In this document: piece after piece, positions 30,751 through 41,863 of the stretch
Position numbering within the stretch: the first letter of the stretch is position 1
How the letters are laid out: each line of letters begins with the position of its first letter
NCBI GenBank assembly: GCA_963833225.1
Contig: CAWHXD010000019.1
Coordinates: forward strand, 1-64,000
Length of the DNA stretch: 64,000 nucleotides
Direction of reading: 5' to 3'
From: an uncultured Chloroflexia bacterium
Lineage (GTDB): Bacteria; Chloroflexota; Limnocylindria; Limnocylindrales; CSP1-4
Position numbers and translations under genes: made by a program
Notes under the pieces: model-generated
Database searches by the model: none
The model's input: the letters and a program-made list of their open reading frames with translations, nothing else
Told to the model about the DNA's origin: nothing

Positions 30751-32985
30751 ATGCCGACCACCCACGACCCCAAGGTCCAAACGACCGAGACGCGCTACGG
30801 GATCCGGCGCCGCCGCGGCCGCCGTGCGACGCAGCGGGGCCAGATCGTCGTCCTGTTTGCGGGCGCCCTGATCGCGCTGCTCGCCCTGTGCGCCGTGGTC
30901 ATCGACGTCGCCTGGTACTGGACCAACAACCTCCGGATCCAGCGCACCGCCGACGCCGCCGCGCTCGCGGGCGTGGTGTGGCTGCCGAACCGGCCGGACA
31001 CCGCCGCGACCGTGGCGATCGCCGAAGCGGCCAAGAACGGCTACGTCAACGGCGTTGACGGCGTGACGATCACGCCCAGCGTGGATCCGGCCAACGATCG
31101 CCGCCTGCGGGTCGTGGTCAGCGCGCCGGTCGGCACATTCTTCGCACGAGTGGTGGGCGTGGACCAGTGGCCGGCCAGCCGGACGGCGCTCGCGGACTAC
31201 GTGCTCCCCGTGCCCATGGGCAGCCCAGCCAACTACTACGGGGTGGGCTTCTTCGAGGGGCTGGTGCCACACGTGACCACGGGCAGCTCCCAGTCGACCG
31301 GCTGCGGGACGGGCTCGTGGTCGACCTCCTGCACGGGCAAGGTCCCGAGCACGGCGCCATCGGGTGGCCAGTGGACCCCGTCCCGCGGCAGCATCGAGGC
31401 GTCGGTGCAGTCCAACAACAACAGGTACGCCCGGGAGACCACCGACGGGGAGCGGCAGGAGTGGTCCGCGTTCGGCCTCCAGTCAGGCATCAGCAACCCG
31501 GGCGCCAACGAGGACCTCGTCATCGAGGGTCTCGAGGTCCGGCTGAGCGATGCGTTCGTCTCGGCGAGCTGCTCCAACTCCACGATCGGCGTGGAGGTGT
31601 CCTGGGACGGCGGCAGCTCCTGGTCCACGGCCCAGACAACCCCGGCGCTCCTGACGAACACCTCGAGCGGTGACTACACCCTGGGCGACAACAGCTCCAC
31701 GGCCGCGTGGGGCGGCCACACCTGGAGCCGCAACGACTTCTCGGACTCGAACTTCCGGGTTCGGCTGACGGCCAACAAGGGCTGCTCCTCGGGTGGCACC
31801 TCGCTCAACGTTGACGTGCTCGAGGTCCGGGTGACGTGGCGGCTCGATACCAGCACCTGGTCCCCGCAGACGCTGACCGTGAACGACCCGCTCACCGGCA
31901 CCGCGCTCGCCTCCCAGGGGTTCTGGGGCGCCATCTTCACGTCCGGTGGCTGGCGGATGAACGGGGACAAGTACGCGCCCGCACACATCGGCGACCATGC
32001 TCCCGGCCCCCTTTCCGGGAACGACCCGAGCCCGACCTATGACGCCAACGGCTACGACTACACGATCGAGCTGCCGGGCGGCTCAGGGGATGTCCGGCTG
32101 TTCGACCCGATCTTCTGCGCGACCGGGTACAACACCCACGGCGGGTCCTACGGCGCCGGCGACCACTGGACGTCGGGAGGGACGAGCGAGCTTCCGGTCG
32201 CGATCACCTACCGCCTGTACGACACCCACGGGACCCTCCAGGACCTCACGGACGATGGCCCTCCCCTCGTGACGCTGGCGTACGACCCGGGCAACAAGTC
32301 GCTCGGTGACTTCAGTGGCGCGTTCGGGACCCCCTCGAACCAGGGGTCCTCGAACAGGCAGGACTGCTCGAACGACCCCGCGCACAACCAGTGGGTGCAG
32401 ATGGCCTCCGGACTCGCGTCCGGGTCATATCGCCTCAACGTGAACACCAGCCTGCAGGGGTCGAACGCCAATACCGGCGCCGAGAACCTGTTCTCGATCT
32501 GGGTGCATTCCGCCGGCAAGGCGCGGGTCTACGGTGGTGGGCGGATGGCCGCCTACACCAACCTGGACACCGGCCAGCAGAAGTTCTACTTCGCGCAGAT
32601 CGAGCAGGTCCACGCGGGCAAGACCATGGTCATCCACCTGTTCGATCCGGGCGAGACCAGCGGCAATGCCTATCTGCGCCTGCTCAGCCCGGACGGCAAC
32701 GTCTACCACCGCCAGCGGTTTGACTGGGTGTCAGACGACGGACGGTCGGGGACCAACGTGGACCAGATCCAGACGTCGAACGGGAGCCCGTTGTTCGACA
32801 ACAAGGAGATCACGATCACGGTGCCGCTGCCTCCCACCTACGGGCAGTCTGGCCTCAATCCGCCCGGCGACATCACCGACGAGCCCGGCTGGTGGCTGAT
32901 CGAGTACGAGCTCGCGAACGGCAACGACACGACCACCTGGGGGGTTGAGATCCGGGGCAACCCCGTGCACCTCGTGACGCCGTGA
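30751..32985 (+). CDS. Large TadG-like tip protein/adhesin
   Basis: RGQIVVLFA...VIDVA...QRTADAAALAG; long Ser/Thr/Gly/Trp-rich beta region including Asp-box-like SWDGGSSW. Confidence 0.87.
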   Translation: MPTTHDPKVQTTETRYGIRRRRGRRATQRGQIVVLFAGALIALLALCAVVIDVAWYWTNNLRIQRTADAAALAGVVWLPNRPDTAATVAIAEAAKNGYVNGVDGVTITPSVDPANDRRLRVVVSAPVGTFFARVVGVDQWPASRTALADYVLPVPMGSPANYYGVGFFEGLVPHVTTGSSQSTGCGTGSWSTSCTGKVPSTAPSGGQWTPSRGSIEASVQSNNNRYARETTDGERQEWSAFGLQSGISNPGANEDLVIEGLEVRLSDAFVSASCSNSTIGVEVSWDGGSSWSTAQTTPALLTNTSSGDYTLGDNSSTAAWGGHTWSRNDFSDSNFRVRLTANKGCSSGGTSLNVDVLEVRVTWRLDTSTWSPQTLTVNDPLTGTALASQGFWGAIFTSGGWRMNGDKYAPAHIGDHAPGPLSGNDPSPTYDANGYDYTIELPGGSGDVRLFDPIFCATGYNTHGGSYGAGDHWTSGGTSELPVAITYRLYDTHGTLQDLTDDGPPLVTLAYDPGNKSLGDFSGAFGTPSNQGSSNRQDCSNDPAHNQWVQMASGLASGSYRLNVNTSLQGSNANTGAENLFSIWVHSAGKARVYGGGRMAAYTNLDTGQQKFYFAQIEQVHAGKTMVIHLFDPGETSGNAYLRLLSPDGNVYHRQRFDWVSDDGRSGTNVDQIQTSNGSPLFDNKEITITVPLPPTYGQSGLNPPGDITDEPGWWLIEYELANGNDTTTWGVEIRGNPVHLVTP

Positions 32986-33113
32986 CCGCACCCCACGACC
33001 CCCGCCCCCGGAGCACGCTGTACCTGCGCCTCGTCGTCGGGCTCACGATCGCGGTCACGGTCTTCGCGGCGGCCGTCGCGCTCTGGATGTACTGGCTGGC
33101 CAACCTGGTCTAG
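32982..33113 (+). CDS. Small 43-aa single-TM protein
   Basis: GTGA overlap with the tadG stop; MTAPHDPRPRSTLYLRLVVGLTIAVTVFAAAVALWMYWLANLV; GC-rich third codon positions. Confidence 0.65.
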   Translation: MTAPHDPRPRSTLYLRLVVGLTIAVTVFAAAVALWMYWLANLV

Positions 33114-33152
33114 GGCCGTCGCGCCGGGTCGCGACCCCGTCCTGAGGCCGCC

Positions 33153-34622
33153 TCAGACCGCCCGGGCGAGGTACCGGTCCACACCCTCTGCCGCCGCGCG
33201 GCCTTCGCGGATCGCCCACACGACGAGTGACTGACCACGCACGCAGTCACCGGCCGCGAACACGCCGGGGACCGTGGTCATCCGGTCGGGGCCGGTGCGC
33301 ACGTTGCCCCGCGGGTCCAGCTCGCACTCGAACGCCCTGGGGAGCGCCGGCTCCGGCCCCGTGAAGCCGAGGGCGAGCAGGACGAGATCCGCGGCGAGCA
33401 CCTGGGTGGTGCCCGGGACCTCGCGCATCGCGATCCGGCCGTCGGCTCCGGGCTCCCAGGACACGTCGGCGATCTCCACCGCGGTGACGTGCTCGTTGGG
33501 CCCGAGGAAGCGGCGTGTCGTGGTGGAGTACCGGCGGGGGTCCTCGCCCCACAGCGCCGCGGCCTCCTCCTGGCCGTAGTCCAGCCTGTAGACCCTGGGC
33601 CACTCGGGCCACGGGTTGTTCGAGGCTCGCTCCAGGGGCGGTCGCGCGAGCAGCTCCAGCTGGCGCACGCTCCTCGCGCCCTGGCGGATGGCGGTGCCCA
33701 CGCAGTCCGTCCCGGTGTCGCCACCGCCGATCACGACCACGTTCCTGTCGGCGGCATCGATCGGTGCCTCGGCGTCCGTCCCACCGTCGAGCAGCCGGCG
33801 CGTGTTGCCGCGCAGGAAGCTCATCGCGAGGTGGATGCCACCCAGCTCGCGACCGGGCACCCCGAGCTCGCGCGCGACGGTCGATCCCGTGGCCAGCACC
33901 ACGGCGTCGTGGCTGGCGGCGAGCTCGTCCGCGGCGATGTCGGCCCCGACGGTGACGCCGGTCTGGAACGTGATGCCCTCGGCCTCCAGCAGCGAGATCC
34001 GCCTGCCGACCACGTCCTTGTCCAGCTTCATGGCGGGAATGCCGTACATCAGCAGCCCGCCGACCCGGCCCGCGCGCTCGTAGACGGTGACCGCGTGGCC
34101 CTGGCGGTTGAGCTGGTCGGCCGCGGCGAGACCGGCCGGTCCCGACCCGATGACCGCGACGCGCTTGCCGGTCCGGGCCAGGGGCGGGTGCGGCGTGATC
34201 CAGCCCGCCTCCCACGCCCGATCGGCGATCTCCTGCTCGATGGTCTTGATCGCGACGGGGTCCCCGTTGAGGCCAACGGTGCAGGAACCCTCGCAGGGTG
34301 CCGGGCAGACCCGGCCGGTGAACTCGGGGAAGTTGTTGGTGCGGTGGAGGCGGATCGATGCCTCGCGCCACTGCCCCCGGTAGACGAGGTCGTTCCATTC
34401 GGGGATCAGGTTGTTGATCGGACAGCCCGAGGCCATCCCGCTGATCAGCGTGCCCGTGTGGCAGTAGGGGATCCCGCAGTCCATGCACCGGGCACCCTGG
34501 TCGGCCAGCTCGTCCTCGCCCAGGCGCGGGTGCGCCTCGCTCCAGTCACGGACGCGCTCCAGCGGCGGCCGCGCGGGCTGGTTGCGGCGGCGGATCTCGA
34601 TGAACCCGGTCGGCCGGCCCAT
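33153..34622 (-). CDS. gltD: Glutamate synthase small subunit
   Basis: MGRPTGF, RCMDCGIPYC, NNFPEFTGRVCPAPC, IGSGPAG, GGGDTGTDC, GQSLVVWAI. Confidence 0.96.
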   Translation of the reverse strand: MGRPTGFIEIRRRNQPARPPLERVRDWSEAHPRLGEDELADQGARCMDCGIPYCHTGTLISGMASGCPINNLIPEWNDLVYRGQWREASIRLHRTNNFPEFTGRVCPAPCEGSCTVGLNGDPVAIKTIEQEIADRAWEAGWITPHPPLARTGKRVAVIGSGPAGLAAADQLNRQGHAVTVYERAGRVGGLLMYGIPAMKLDKDVVGRRISLLEAEGITFQTGVTVGADIAADELAASHDAVVLATGSTVARELGVPGRELGGIHLAMSFLRGNTRRLLDGGTDAEAPIDAADRNVVVIGGGDTGTDCVGTAIRQGARSVRQLELLARPPLERASNNPWPEWPRVYRLDYGQEEAAALWGEDPRRYSTTTRRFLGPNEHVTAVEIADVSWEPGADGRIAMREVPGTTQVLAADLVLLALGFTGPEPALPRAFECELDPRGNVRTGPDRMTTVPGVFAAGDCVRGQSLVVWAIREGRAAAEGVDRYLARAV

Positions 34623-37600
34623 CAGGAGCCGCCCACCCGGGCCAGGTCGCGGGCGTTCTCCTCGAAGGCGGCCATCTCGGCCTCGTCCACGGACAGCCCG
34701 GTCGCCCGCATCCGCGCCTGCGCCGCCAGCACGCGCCGGTAGTCGTGGGGGATGACCCGGACGAAGCAGGGCAGGCTGGCCGTCCAGTCCCCGAGGATCC
34801 GTGCCGCCCGGTCGGATCCGGTCAGGTCGTGGTGGCGCGCCAGCAGCTCGCGCAGCGTGGCCTCGTCCTCGCTGTCTCGCTCCACCGGCTCGAGGCCCAC
34901 CAGCTCGGTATTGCACCGGCTCGCGAACGTGCCGTCCTCGTCGAGGACCCACGCCACGCCACCCGACATGCCGGCCGCGAAGTTGCGTCCAGTCCGGCCG
35001 AGGACGGCCACGCGCCCGCCGGTCATGTATTCGCAGCCGTGGTCGCCCACGCCTTCCACCACCGCCACGGCACCGGAGTTTCGGACCGCGAACCGCTCAC
35101 CCGCCGTGCCCCGGAAGAACGCCTCGCCCCCGGTGGCGCCGTAGAGGGCCACGTTGCCCACGATCACGTTCTCGTGGGCGATGAACGGCGAGCCAGCCGG
35201 CGGGTAGGCGATCAGCCGGCCGCCGGAGAGCCCCTTGCCGATGTAGTCGTTGGCATCGCCCTCCAGGCGGAGCGTCAGGCCGCGGGGGATGAACGCGCCG
35301 AAGCTCTGCCCGGCTGATCCCTGGAAGTGAAGTTGGATCGTGTCGAGGGGCAGCCCCTCGCGCCCCCAGCGGCGCGTGATCTCCGACCCGAGCATCGTCC
35401 CCACGGTCCGGTTCACGTTGCGGATGGGCAGGGTGGCGCGCACGGGGAGCCCCTCGGTGAGCGCCGGCTGCGCCAGCGCCAGGAGCGTCGTCGCATCGAG
35501 GCCCTCCTCCACGCGGTGCTGCTGGATCAGCGTCTGGCGGCCCTCGTACGTGCCGGGGACATCGGGCATGGCGAGGAGCCGGCCCAGGTCCAGGCCGCGC
35601 GCCTTCGGGTGGTCGAGCGCCGGGCGCATCTCGAGACGATCGGATCGGCCGATCATCTCGTCCATCGTCCGGAAGCCGAGGCGCGCCATGTGCTCGCGCA
35701 CCTCCTGCGCGATGAAGCGCATGAAGTTGACGACGTGCGCCGGGTCGCCCGCAAAGCGCTGGCGCAGCTGCGGGTCCTGCGTCGCCACGCCCACCGGGCA
35801 GGTGTTGAGGTGGCAGGCGCGCATCATCACGCAGCCCAGCGAGACGAGCGGCGCCGTCGCGAACCCGAACTCCTCGGCGCCGAGCAGGGCACCCACCACG
35901 ACATCGCGACCGGTCTTGAGCTGCCCGTCCACCTCGACCACGACCCGGCTCCGGAGGTCGTTCATGAGCAGGACCTGGTGCGCCTCGGCGAGGCCCAGCT
36001 CCCACGGGACGCCGGCGTGCTTGATCGAGGTCAGCGGCGAGGCCCCCGTGCCGCCGTCATGACCCGAGATCAGGATCACGTCCGCGTGGGCCTTGGCCAC
36101 CCCCGCGGCCACGGTGCCCACGCCCACCTCCGCGACCAGCTTGACGCTGATCCGTGCCTCGTGGTTGGCGTTCTTGAGGTCGTGAATGAGCTGCTTGAGG
36201 TCCTCGATGGAGTAGATGTCGTGGTGCGGGGGCGGGCTGATGAGGCCCACCCCGGGCGTGCTGTGCCGGGTCTTCGCGATCCACGGGTAGACCTTGGACC
36301 CGGGAAGCTGGCCGCCCTCCCCGGGCTTGGCGCCCTGGGCCATCTTGATCTGGAGCTCGCGGGCGTTGACGAGGTATTCCGAGGTCACCCCGAAGCGGCC
36401 GGACGCGACCTGCTTGATGGCGCTGTTCTTCGAGTCGCCGTTCGCCTCCGGCGCATAGCGCGCCGGGTCCTCGCCGCCCTCGCCGGTGTTGGACTTGCCG
36501 CCGAGCCGGTTCATCGCGATCGCGAGCGCCTCGTGCGCCTCGGCGCTGATGGAGCCGTAGCTCATGGCACCGGTCTTGAAGCGGCGCACGATGGCCTCAA
36601 CGGGCTCCACCTCGTCGATCGGCACCGGGCGGAGCGCCGGCCGCAGCTCCAGCAACCCGCGCAGGGTGGCCAGCCGGGTGCTCTGGTCGTCCACCAGCGA
36701 GCTGTAGTCCTTGAACGTGGAGTAGTCGCCGGTCCGGACGGCCTTCTGGAGCGTGTGGATCGTGAGCGGGTTGAACAGGTGGTTCTCGCCGTCGGCCCGG
36801 TACTGGTACTGGCCGCCGGGTGGCAGCTGCGTGTGGACGATGGGCCGCCGCGGAGGGTAGGCGCGATCCTGGCGAGCCTCGACCTCCCGGGACACGATCT
36901 CGATGCCGATACCGCCGATCCGGGTTGGCGTCCAGGTGAAGTACTCGTCCACGAAGTCGCGGTTGAGTCCGATCGCCTCGAACACCTGGGCGCCGTGGTA
37001 GCTGTGGACGGTGGAGATCCCCATCCGGGAGATGGCCTTGATGACGCCCTTGGTCGCGGCCTTCCGGTATCGCTGCTCGGCCTGCTCATAGGGCCCCGGG
37101 ATGGCACCCAGGCCGACCTGGTCGTCGATGGTCTCAAAGGCGAGGTACGGGTTGATCGCCGAGGCGCCGTACCCGATCAGCAGGCAGAAGTGGTGGGCCT
37201 CGCGCGGCTCGCCCGACTCGAGCAGGAGGCCGGTGCGCCCGCGGGTGCCCGCGCGCACGAGGTGGTGGTGGACCGAGCTCACCGCGAGCAGCGCCGGGAT
37301 CGGGGCGTCCGTCTCGTTGTGCCCGCGGTCCGAGAGGATGATCTGGTTGTAGCCCTCGGCGATGGCCTCCGACACCTGGCGGCGAAGGTCCTCGATGGCC
37401 CGCCGGAGCCCGGATCCGTTGTCCGCGACCTTGAACAGGATGGGCAGGGTGATCGTGCGGAAGCCGCGGCTCGCCGGGCCGCCATCGAGCGCTCGGATCT
37501 TCTCCAGCTCCGCGTTGGAGATCACCGGCGAGGGCAGCGCGACCTGGTGGGCGGCATCCGGCCCGGGTTCCAGGAGGTTCTCCTCGGGGCCGATGGCGCG

Positions 37601-39230
37601 GTCCGTGGCCATGATCAGCTCCTCGCGGATCGCGTCCACGGGCGGATTGGTGACCTGGGCGAAGAGCTGCTTGAAGTAGCTGTACAGGAGCTGCGGCTTC
37701 TCCGACAGCACGGCCAGCGGGGCGTCATTGCCCATCGAGCCGATGGGGTCGGCGCCCGTGGCGGCCATCGCGTTGACGATCAGCCGCACGTCCTCGGTGG
37801 TGTAGCCGAAGACCTCCTGCCGCAGGAGCACCGTCTCATGGTCGGGCGGGATCGCGTTCCCGGTGGCCGGCAGGTCCGCGAGGCTGACCAGCGAGGCGCG
37901 CACCCAGTCCTCGTAGGGGCGCTCGCCCGTGATGGCGGCCTTGACCTCGTCGTCGGGGATGATCCGCCCCTGCTCCGTGTCGACGAGGAACATCCGCCCC
38001 GGCTGGAGGCGGCCCTTGGCCACGACGTCCTGGTCGGGGATGTCGAGCACGCCGGTCTCGGATGCCATGATCACCCGCCCGTCGCGGGTCACCCAGTAGC
38101 GGCCGGGGCGGAGGCCGTTGCGATCCAGGAGCGCGCCGACGCGGACCCCGTCGGTGAACGCGAGCGACGCCGGTCCGTCCCACGGTTCCATCAGGCACGA
38201 GTGGTACTCGTAGAACGCGCGCCGTTCCGCCGACATCCCGGTGTCCCGGCCCCAGGGCTCCGGGACCATCATCATCATCGCGTGGGCGAGGCTGCGGCCC
38301 GAGAGGTGGAGCAGCTCCAGGACGTTGTCGAAGATCGTCGTGTCCGAGCCGTCCACGTCCACGGCCGGGAGGATCTTCGCCAGGTCCTCGCCGAACACGG
38401 AGCTCCGGAAGGTGGACTGGCGGGCGAACAGCCAGTTGACGTTCCCGCGCAGCGTGTTGATCTCGCCGTTGTGGCTGATGAAGCGGTAGGGGTGCGCGCG
38501 CGACCAGGACGGGAAGGTGTTGGTCGAGAACCGCGAGTGGACCAGCCCCATCGGGCTCGCCAGTCGCTCGTCGGTCAGGTCCGGGTAGAAGGTCAGCAGC
38601 TGGGAGGCGTTGAGCATCCCCTTGTAGACGATCGTCCGGCACGACATCGACGGGATGTAGGCGTCGGCCCTCCCGGGGAGGGCGCTGCGGCCAATGGCCT
38701 TCTCGATCAGCCGCCGGGCGACATACAGCCGGCGGTCGAACGCGAGGTCGCCGTCCGGGCCGAGGGCGAGGTCGGCGGGCCGGGCGATGAACGCCTGGGC
38801 CATCGCTGGCTGGCTGGCCCGGGCCGTCTCGCCGAGGCCGGTCGGGTCGGTCGGGACCTCGCGCCAGCCGAGCAGCGTGAGCTCCTCCGCCGCCAGCGAG
38901 CTCTCGAATCGCTCGATGATCCCGTCGCGGCTCGCCTCGTCGCGGGGCAGGAACACCTGGGCCACCCCGAAGCCGCGCTCCGGCAGCGCGTGGCCCGAGT
39001 CCGCGGCGACCGCGCGCAGGAACGCGTGCGGGACCGCGACAAGGATCCCGGCCCCGTCGCCCGTGTTGGCCTCGGACCCGGACGCGCCCGCGGTGCTCGA
39101 GGTTGACGAGGACGGTCAGCGCATCCCGGACGATGGCGTGCGAGGGGCGGCCCGCGACATCCACGACAAAGCCGAAGCCACAGGCGTCGTGCTCGGTGGC
39201 CGGCTCGTAGAGCGTGCGGGACTGTGGCAC
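34622..39230 (-). CDS. gltB: Glutamate synthase large subunit with an apparent +1 frameshift at ~39087-39089
   Basis: EHDACGFG...LEHRG then shifts to [13 protein letters not shown]; [40 protein letters not shown]. Confidence 0.95.
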
Positions 39231-39448
39231 GGCCTCGCCTCCCGAGGGCACCCCCTCGTGGGGATGGAGCGGAACCGTACGCAATCGAGCCCGGCGGGGC
39301 AGGACCCTTGGTGGTGATCGTTGGGTTGCGGTTGGGGGTCCGGTGTTGCCACGGACCGCGAACCGGGCGGAGCGCCCGAGGTTCGAGGCGGATTCTTGTG
39401 CGGGATGCACAGGTATCACCTCGGCGACCGCTCGGTCGGCCTCGGGCG

Positions 39449-40585
39449 TCAGCCCGTCGTGACGTTGACCTTGTTGACCCCTCCACGGACCTCGATCTCG
39501 AATCGGTCCAGGGAGGTCTCGGCGCCGGGACTGGCGATGCGCCCTCCGCTCCAGGCCGCCGCGCCATCGAGGGTCATCTTGCGGTACCCGCCCCTGACGG
39601 TGAGCACGACGGGCACGCCCGCCGGGCGGGTCACGAGCAAGTCGTTGGCCCCGCCCGCGATCACGATGGGCACGACCCCGGACGGGACCCCGAGCGTCAT
39701 GGCGACGCCGCCGCTCCCGCCGGCGAGGTCGAAGGCTGCGAGGCGGACCGCTCGCAGGTCCGCCGTGACCGAGGACGCACCGCCCCGCAGCTCCACGGTC
39801 CACGGCAGCGAGGCGTTGAGGACGAGCTCCGTGTGATCGCGCTTCCAGTGGGCCGAGGCGTTGAGGCGCTGATCGCCGATCCGTGCCTTCCAGTCGAACC
39901 AGGCAAACTTGGGGTAGCGGATCGTCACGACGCCATCGCGGGTCCGGGCGCTGGGTACGGCACCCGAGAACCGTGCGCGATAGAGCTCGGCCCCGAGGTC
40001 GGCACTGCCGCCGATGCTGACGGCCGGGGCGCCGGTCACGAACACGAGGCGACCAGCGGTCGCTGCCGCCACCGGCCCGGCGACCGACGCGGGCGCGGCC
40101 TCCGGCGTCTCGGGCCCGACAGCCGTCGTCTCGCCAGCCCCGTCACGCAGGGCGTCCACACAGGCAGCGAGGTAGCCCGAGATCCCGGCGAGCTCCTGGT
40201 CGCCGAGGCCGTCGAGCACTGCCATGGCCGCGCGGTCGACGGGATCCCAGGCGTGGAGCACCCCGGCAGAGCGATCCCCGACGACCTCGACGATGACCCG
40301 CCGCCGGTCCGCGGCATCCGCGACGCGGCGCACGAAGCCGGCCTGTTCTAGCCGGTCGACCAGGCGCGTGGTGGCGCCCGTGGTGAGCCCGGCAAGCTCA
40401 CCGATCCGGCCCACGGTCATCGGTCCCTCGACGCCGAGCAGGCGAAGGACGCTCACGTCGGTGCCGGCCAGGCCCATGCGCGTCGCCACTGCATCCCCGT
40501 AGGCGGCATGGCTCGCCCCCAGGTCGGCCGTCGCCCGCAGGATCGCGGCGCTCACGACATCTCGGTTGAATCCGGGGCTTGACAC
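39449..40585 (-). CDS. MarR-family regulator fused to a C-terminal beta-rich (LiaF/adhesin-like) domain
   Basis: GLTTGATTRLVDRLEQAGFVRR..DRRRV; C-terminal half has recurring Gly-Gly beta turns; GAGGAG ribosome-binding site. Confidence 0.85.
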   Translation of the reverse strand: MSSPGFNRDVVSAAILRATADLGASHAAYGDAVATRMGLAGTDVSVLRLLGVEGPMTVGRIGELAGLTTGATTRLVDRLEQAGFVRRVADAADRRRVIVEVVGDRSAGVLHAWDPVDRAAMAVLDGLGDQELAGISGYLAACVDALRDGAGETTAVGPETPEAAPASVAGPVAAATAGRLVFVTGAPAVSIGGSADLGAELYRARFSGAVPSARTRDGVVTIRYPKFAWFDWKARIGDQRLNASAHWKRDHTELVLNASLPWTVELRGGASSVTADLRAVRLAAFDLAGGSGGVAMTLGVPSGVVPIVIAGGANDLLVTRPAGVPVVLTVRGGYRKMTLDGAAAWSGGRIASPGAETSLDRFEIEVRGGVNKVNVTTG

Positions 40586-40608
40586 GGTAGCTCCTCGACA
40601 GGCTATTA

Positions 40609-40623
40609 TCTGCACAGCGCAGA
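40609..40623. promoter_or_regulatory. Putative MarR operator
   Basis: TCTGC-ACAGC-GCAGA palindrome in the divergent intergenic region, overlapping a GATAAT -10-like hexamer (minus strand). Confidence 0.5.
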
Positions 40624-40678
40624 GACATGCTAGCGCAGCCGATCACTCGGCGCAAGGCTACCCCAAGGAGGCCACACC

Positions 40679-40849
40679 GTGCACCTCAATCGTGAGCAGG
40701 CGGACATCGTCGCTCCCGGGATCTGGATCACGTTCCTGCTGATCCTGGGCTTCTTCGCCCGCCCGCTGCTCATCCCCGGCACCGTCGTCAGCACGTTCGT
40801 GCTCGGCATCTTCTACGCCGCGCGTGACGCGGCGGCGGGCCATGACTGA
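40679..40849 (+). CDS. Small 56-aa two-TM protein
   Basis: AAGGAGG site then GTG; MHLNREQADIVAPGIWITFLLILGFFARPLLIPGTVVSTFVLGIFYAARDAAAGHD; overlaps the ABC ATPase start. Confidence 0.72.
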   Translation: MHLNREQADIVAPGIWITFLLILGFFARPLLIPGTVVSTFVLGIFYAARDAAAGHD

Positions 40850-41819
40850 GCCCGTGCAGGTCACGACCGAGCCCGTGATCGATACCGTCAGCCTGCGGCG
40901 GACATTCGGCAAGCGCGGCGAGGTCGAGGCAGTCGCCGGCGTCGACCTCGAGGTTGCCGCCGGGTCGATCTTCGGCTTCCTCGGCCCGAACGGAGCGGGC
41001 AAGACCACGACCCTGCGGATCCTTGCCACGCTCCTCACACCCACGTCAGGGACCGCTCGTGTGATGGGCCATGACGTGGCCCGGGCGCCCGAGGATGTCC
41101 GCCGGCGCATCGGCTACGTGGCCCAGTCCGGCGGTTCCGATCCGCGGATGTCCGGGCGCGGCGAGCTCGTGATGCAGGGCCGTCTGTTTGGCCTGTCCGG
41201 GCGCCAAGCCCACGATCGTGCCCAGGAGCTGCTCGACCGGCTCGACCTCGCGGAGGCGGCCGACCGGGCGGTCGGCACCTATTCCGGCGGCATGCGCCGC
41301 CGTCTCGACGTCGGGATGGGCATGGTCCACCGACCCGGCCTGCTGTTCCTCGACGAGCCCACCACCGGTCTCGATCCCCAGGCCCGGGTGCGGATGTGGG
41401 ACGAGGTGCGGCGGCTGCGCGCGGGCGGCACCACCGTGTTCCTGACCACCCACTACCTCGAAGAGGCGGACGCGCTGTGCGACCGGCTCGCGATCATCGA
41501 CCATGGCCGGATCGTCGCCGAGGGGTCGGCGGACGAGCTCAAGCGGGCCGTCGCGGGCGACGTCGTCACGATCGGCACCGGCGCCAGCCCGGACCTCGTC
41601 GCCCGGCTGCTGGCCGAGGAGCCGTTCGTGCGCGAGGCGGGCGTCGCCGACGGCCTCGCCCGGATCTACGTCGACAATGCCGAGGCCAACCTGCCTGCCC
41701 TCCTGCGGCTGCTCGACGCGCACGGCCTCGCCCCCCAGTCGCTCGCCCTCAATCGGCCCAGCCTGGACGATGTCTTCCTGCGCCAGACCGGCCGGTCGCT
41801 GCGTGGTGAGGCCGCCTGA
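40842..41819 (+). CDS. DrrA-like ABC exporter ATP-binding subunit
   Basis: GPNGAGKT, YSGGMRRRL, LDEPTTGLDP, TTHYLEEA, PSLDDVFL. Confidence 0.94.
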   Translation: MTEPVQVTTEPVIDTVSLRRTFGKRGEVEAVAGVDLEVAAGSIFGFLGPNGAGKTTTLRILATLLTPTSGTARVMGHDVARAPEDVRRRIGYVAQSGGSDPRMSGRGELVMQGRLFGLSGRQAHDRAQELLDRLDLAEAADRAVGTYSGGMRRRLDVGMGMVHRPGLLFLDEPTTGLDPQARVRMWDEVRRLRAGGTTVFLTTHYLEEADALCDRLAIIDHGRIVAEGSADELKRAVAGDVVTIGTGASPDLVARLLAEEPFVREAGVADGLARIYVDNAEANLPALLRLLDAHGLAPQSLALNRPSLDDVFLRQTGRSLRGEAA

Positions 41820-41863
41820 CCGCCGACCTCGCCGAGCGACTTCCCACCGGAAAGGAAACCCAG

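Noticed and set aside
35327-39106. 1259-aa plus-strand ORF
   Set aside because: Antisense shadow of gltB, typical of high-GC codon bias; no recognisable motifs.
37836-39803. 655-aa minus-strand ORF as a separate gene
   Set aside because: Only ~39090-39230 is meaningful (the gltB N-terminus); the rest is off-frame.
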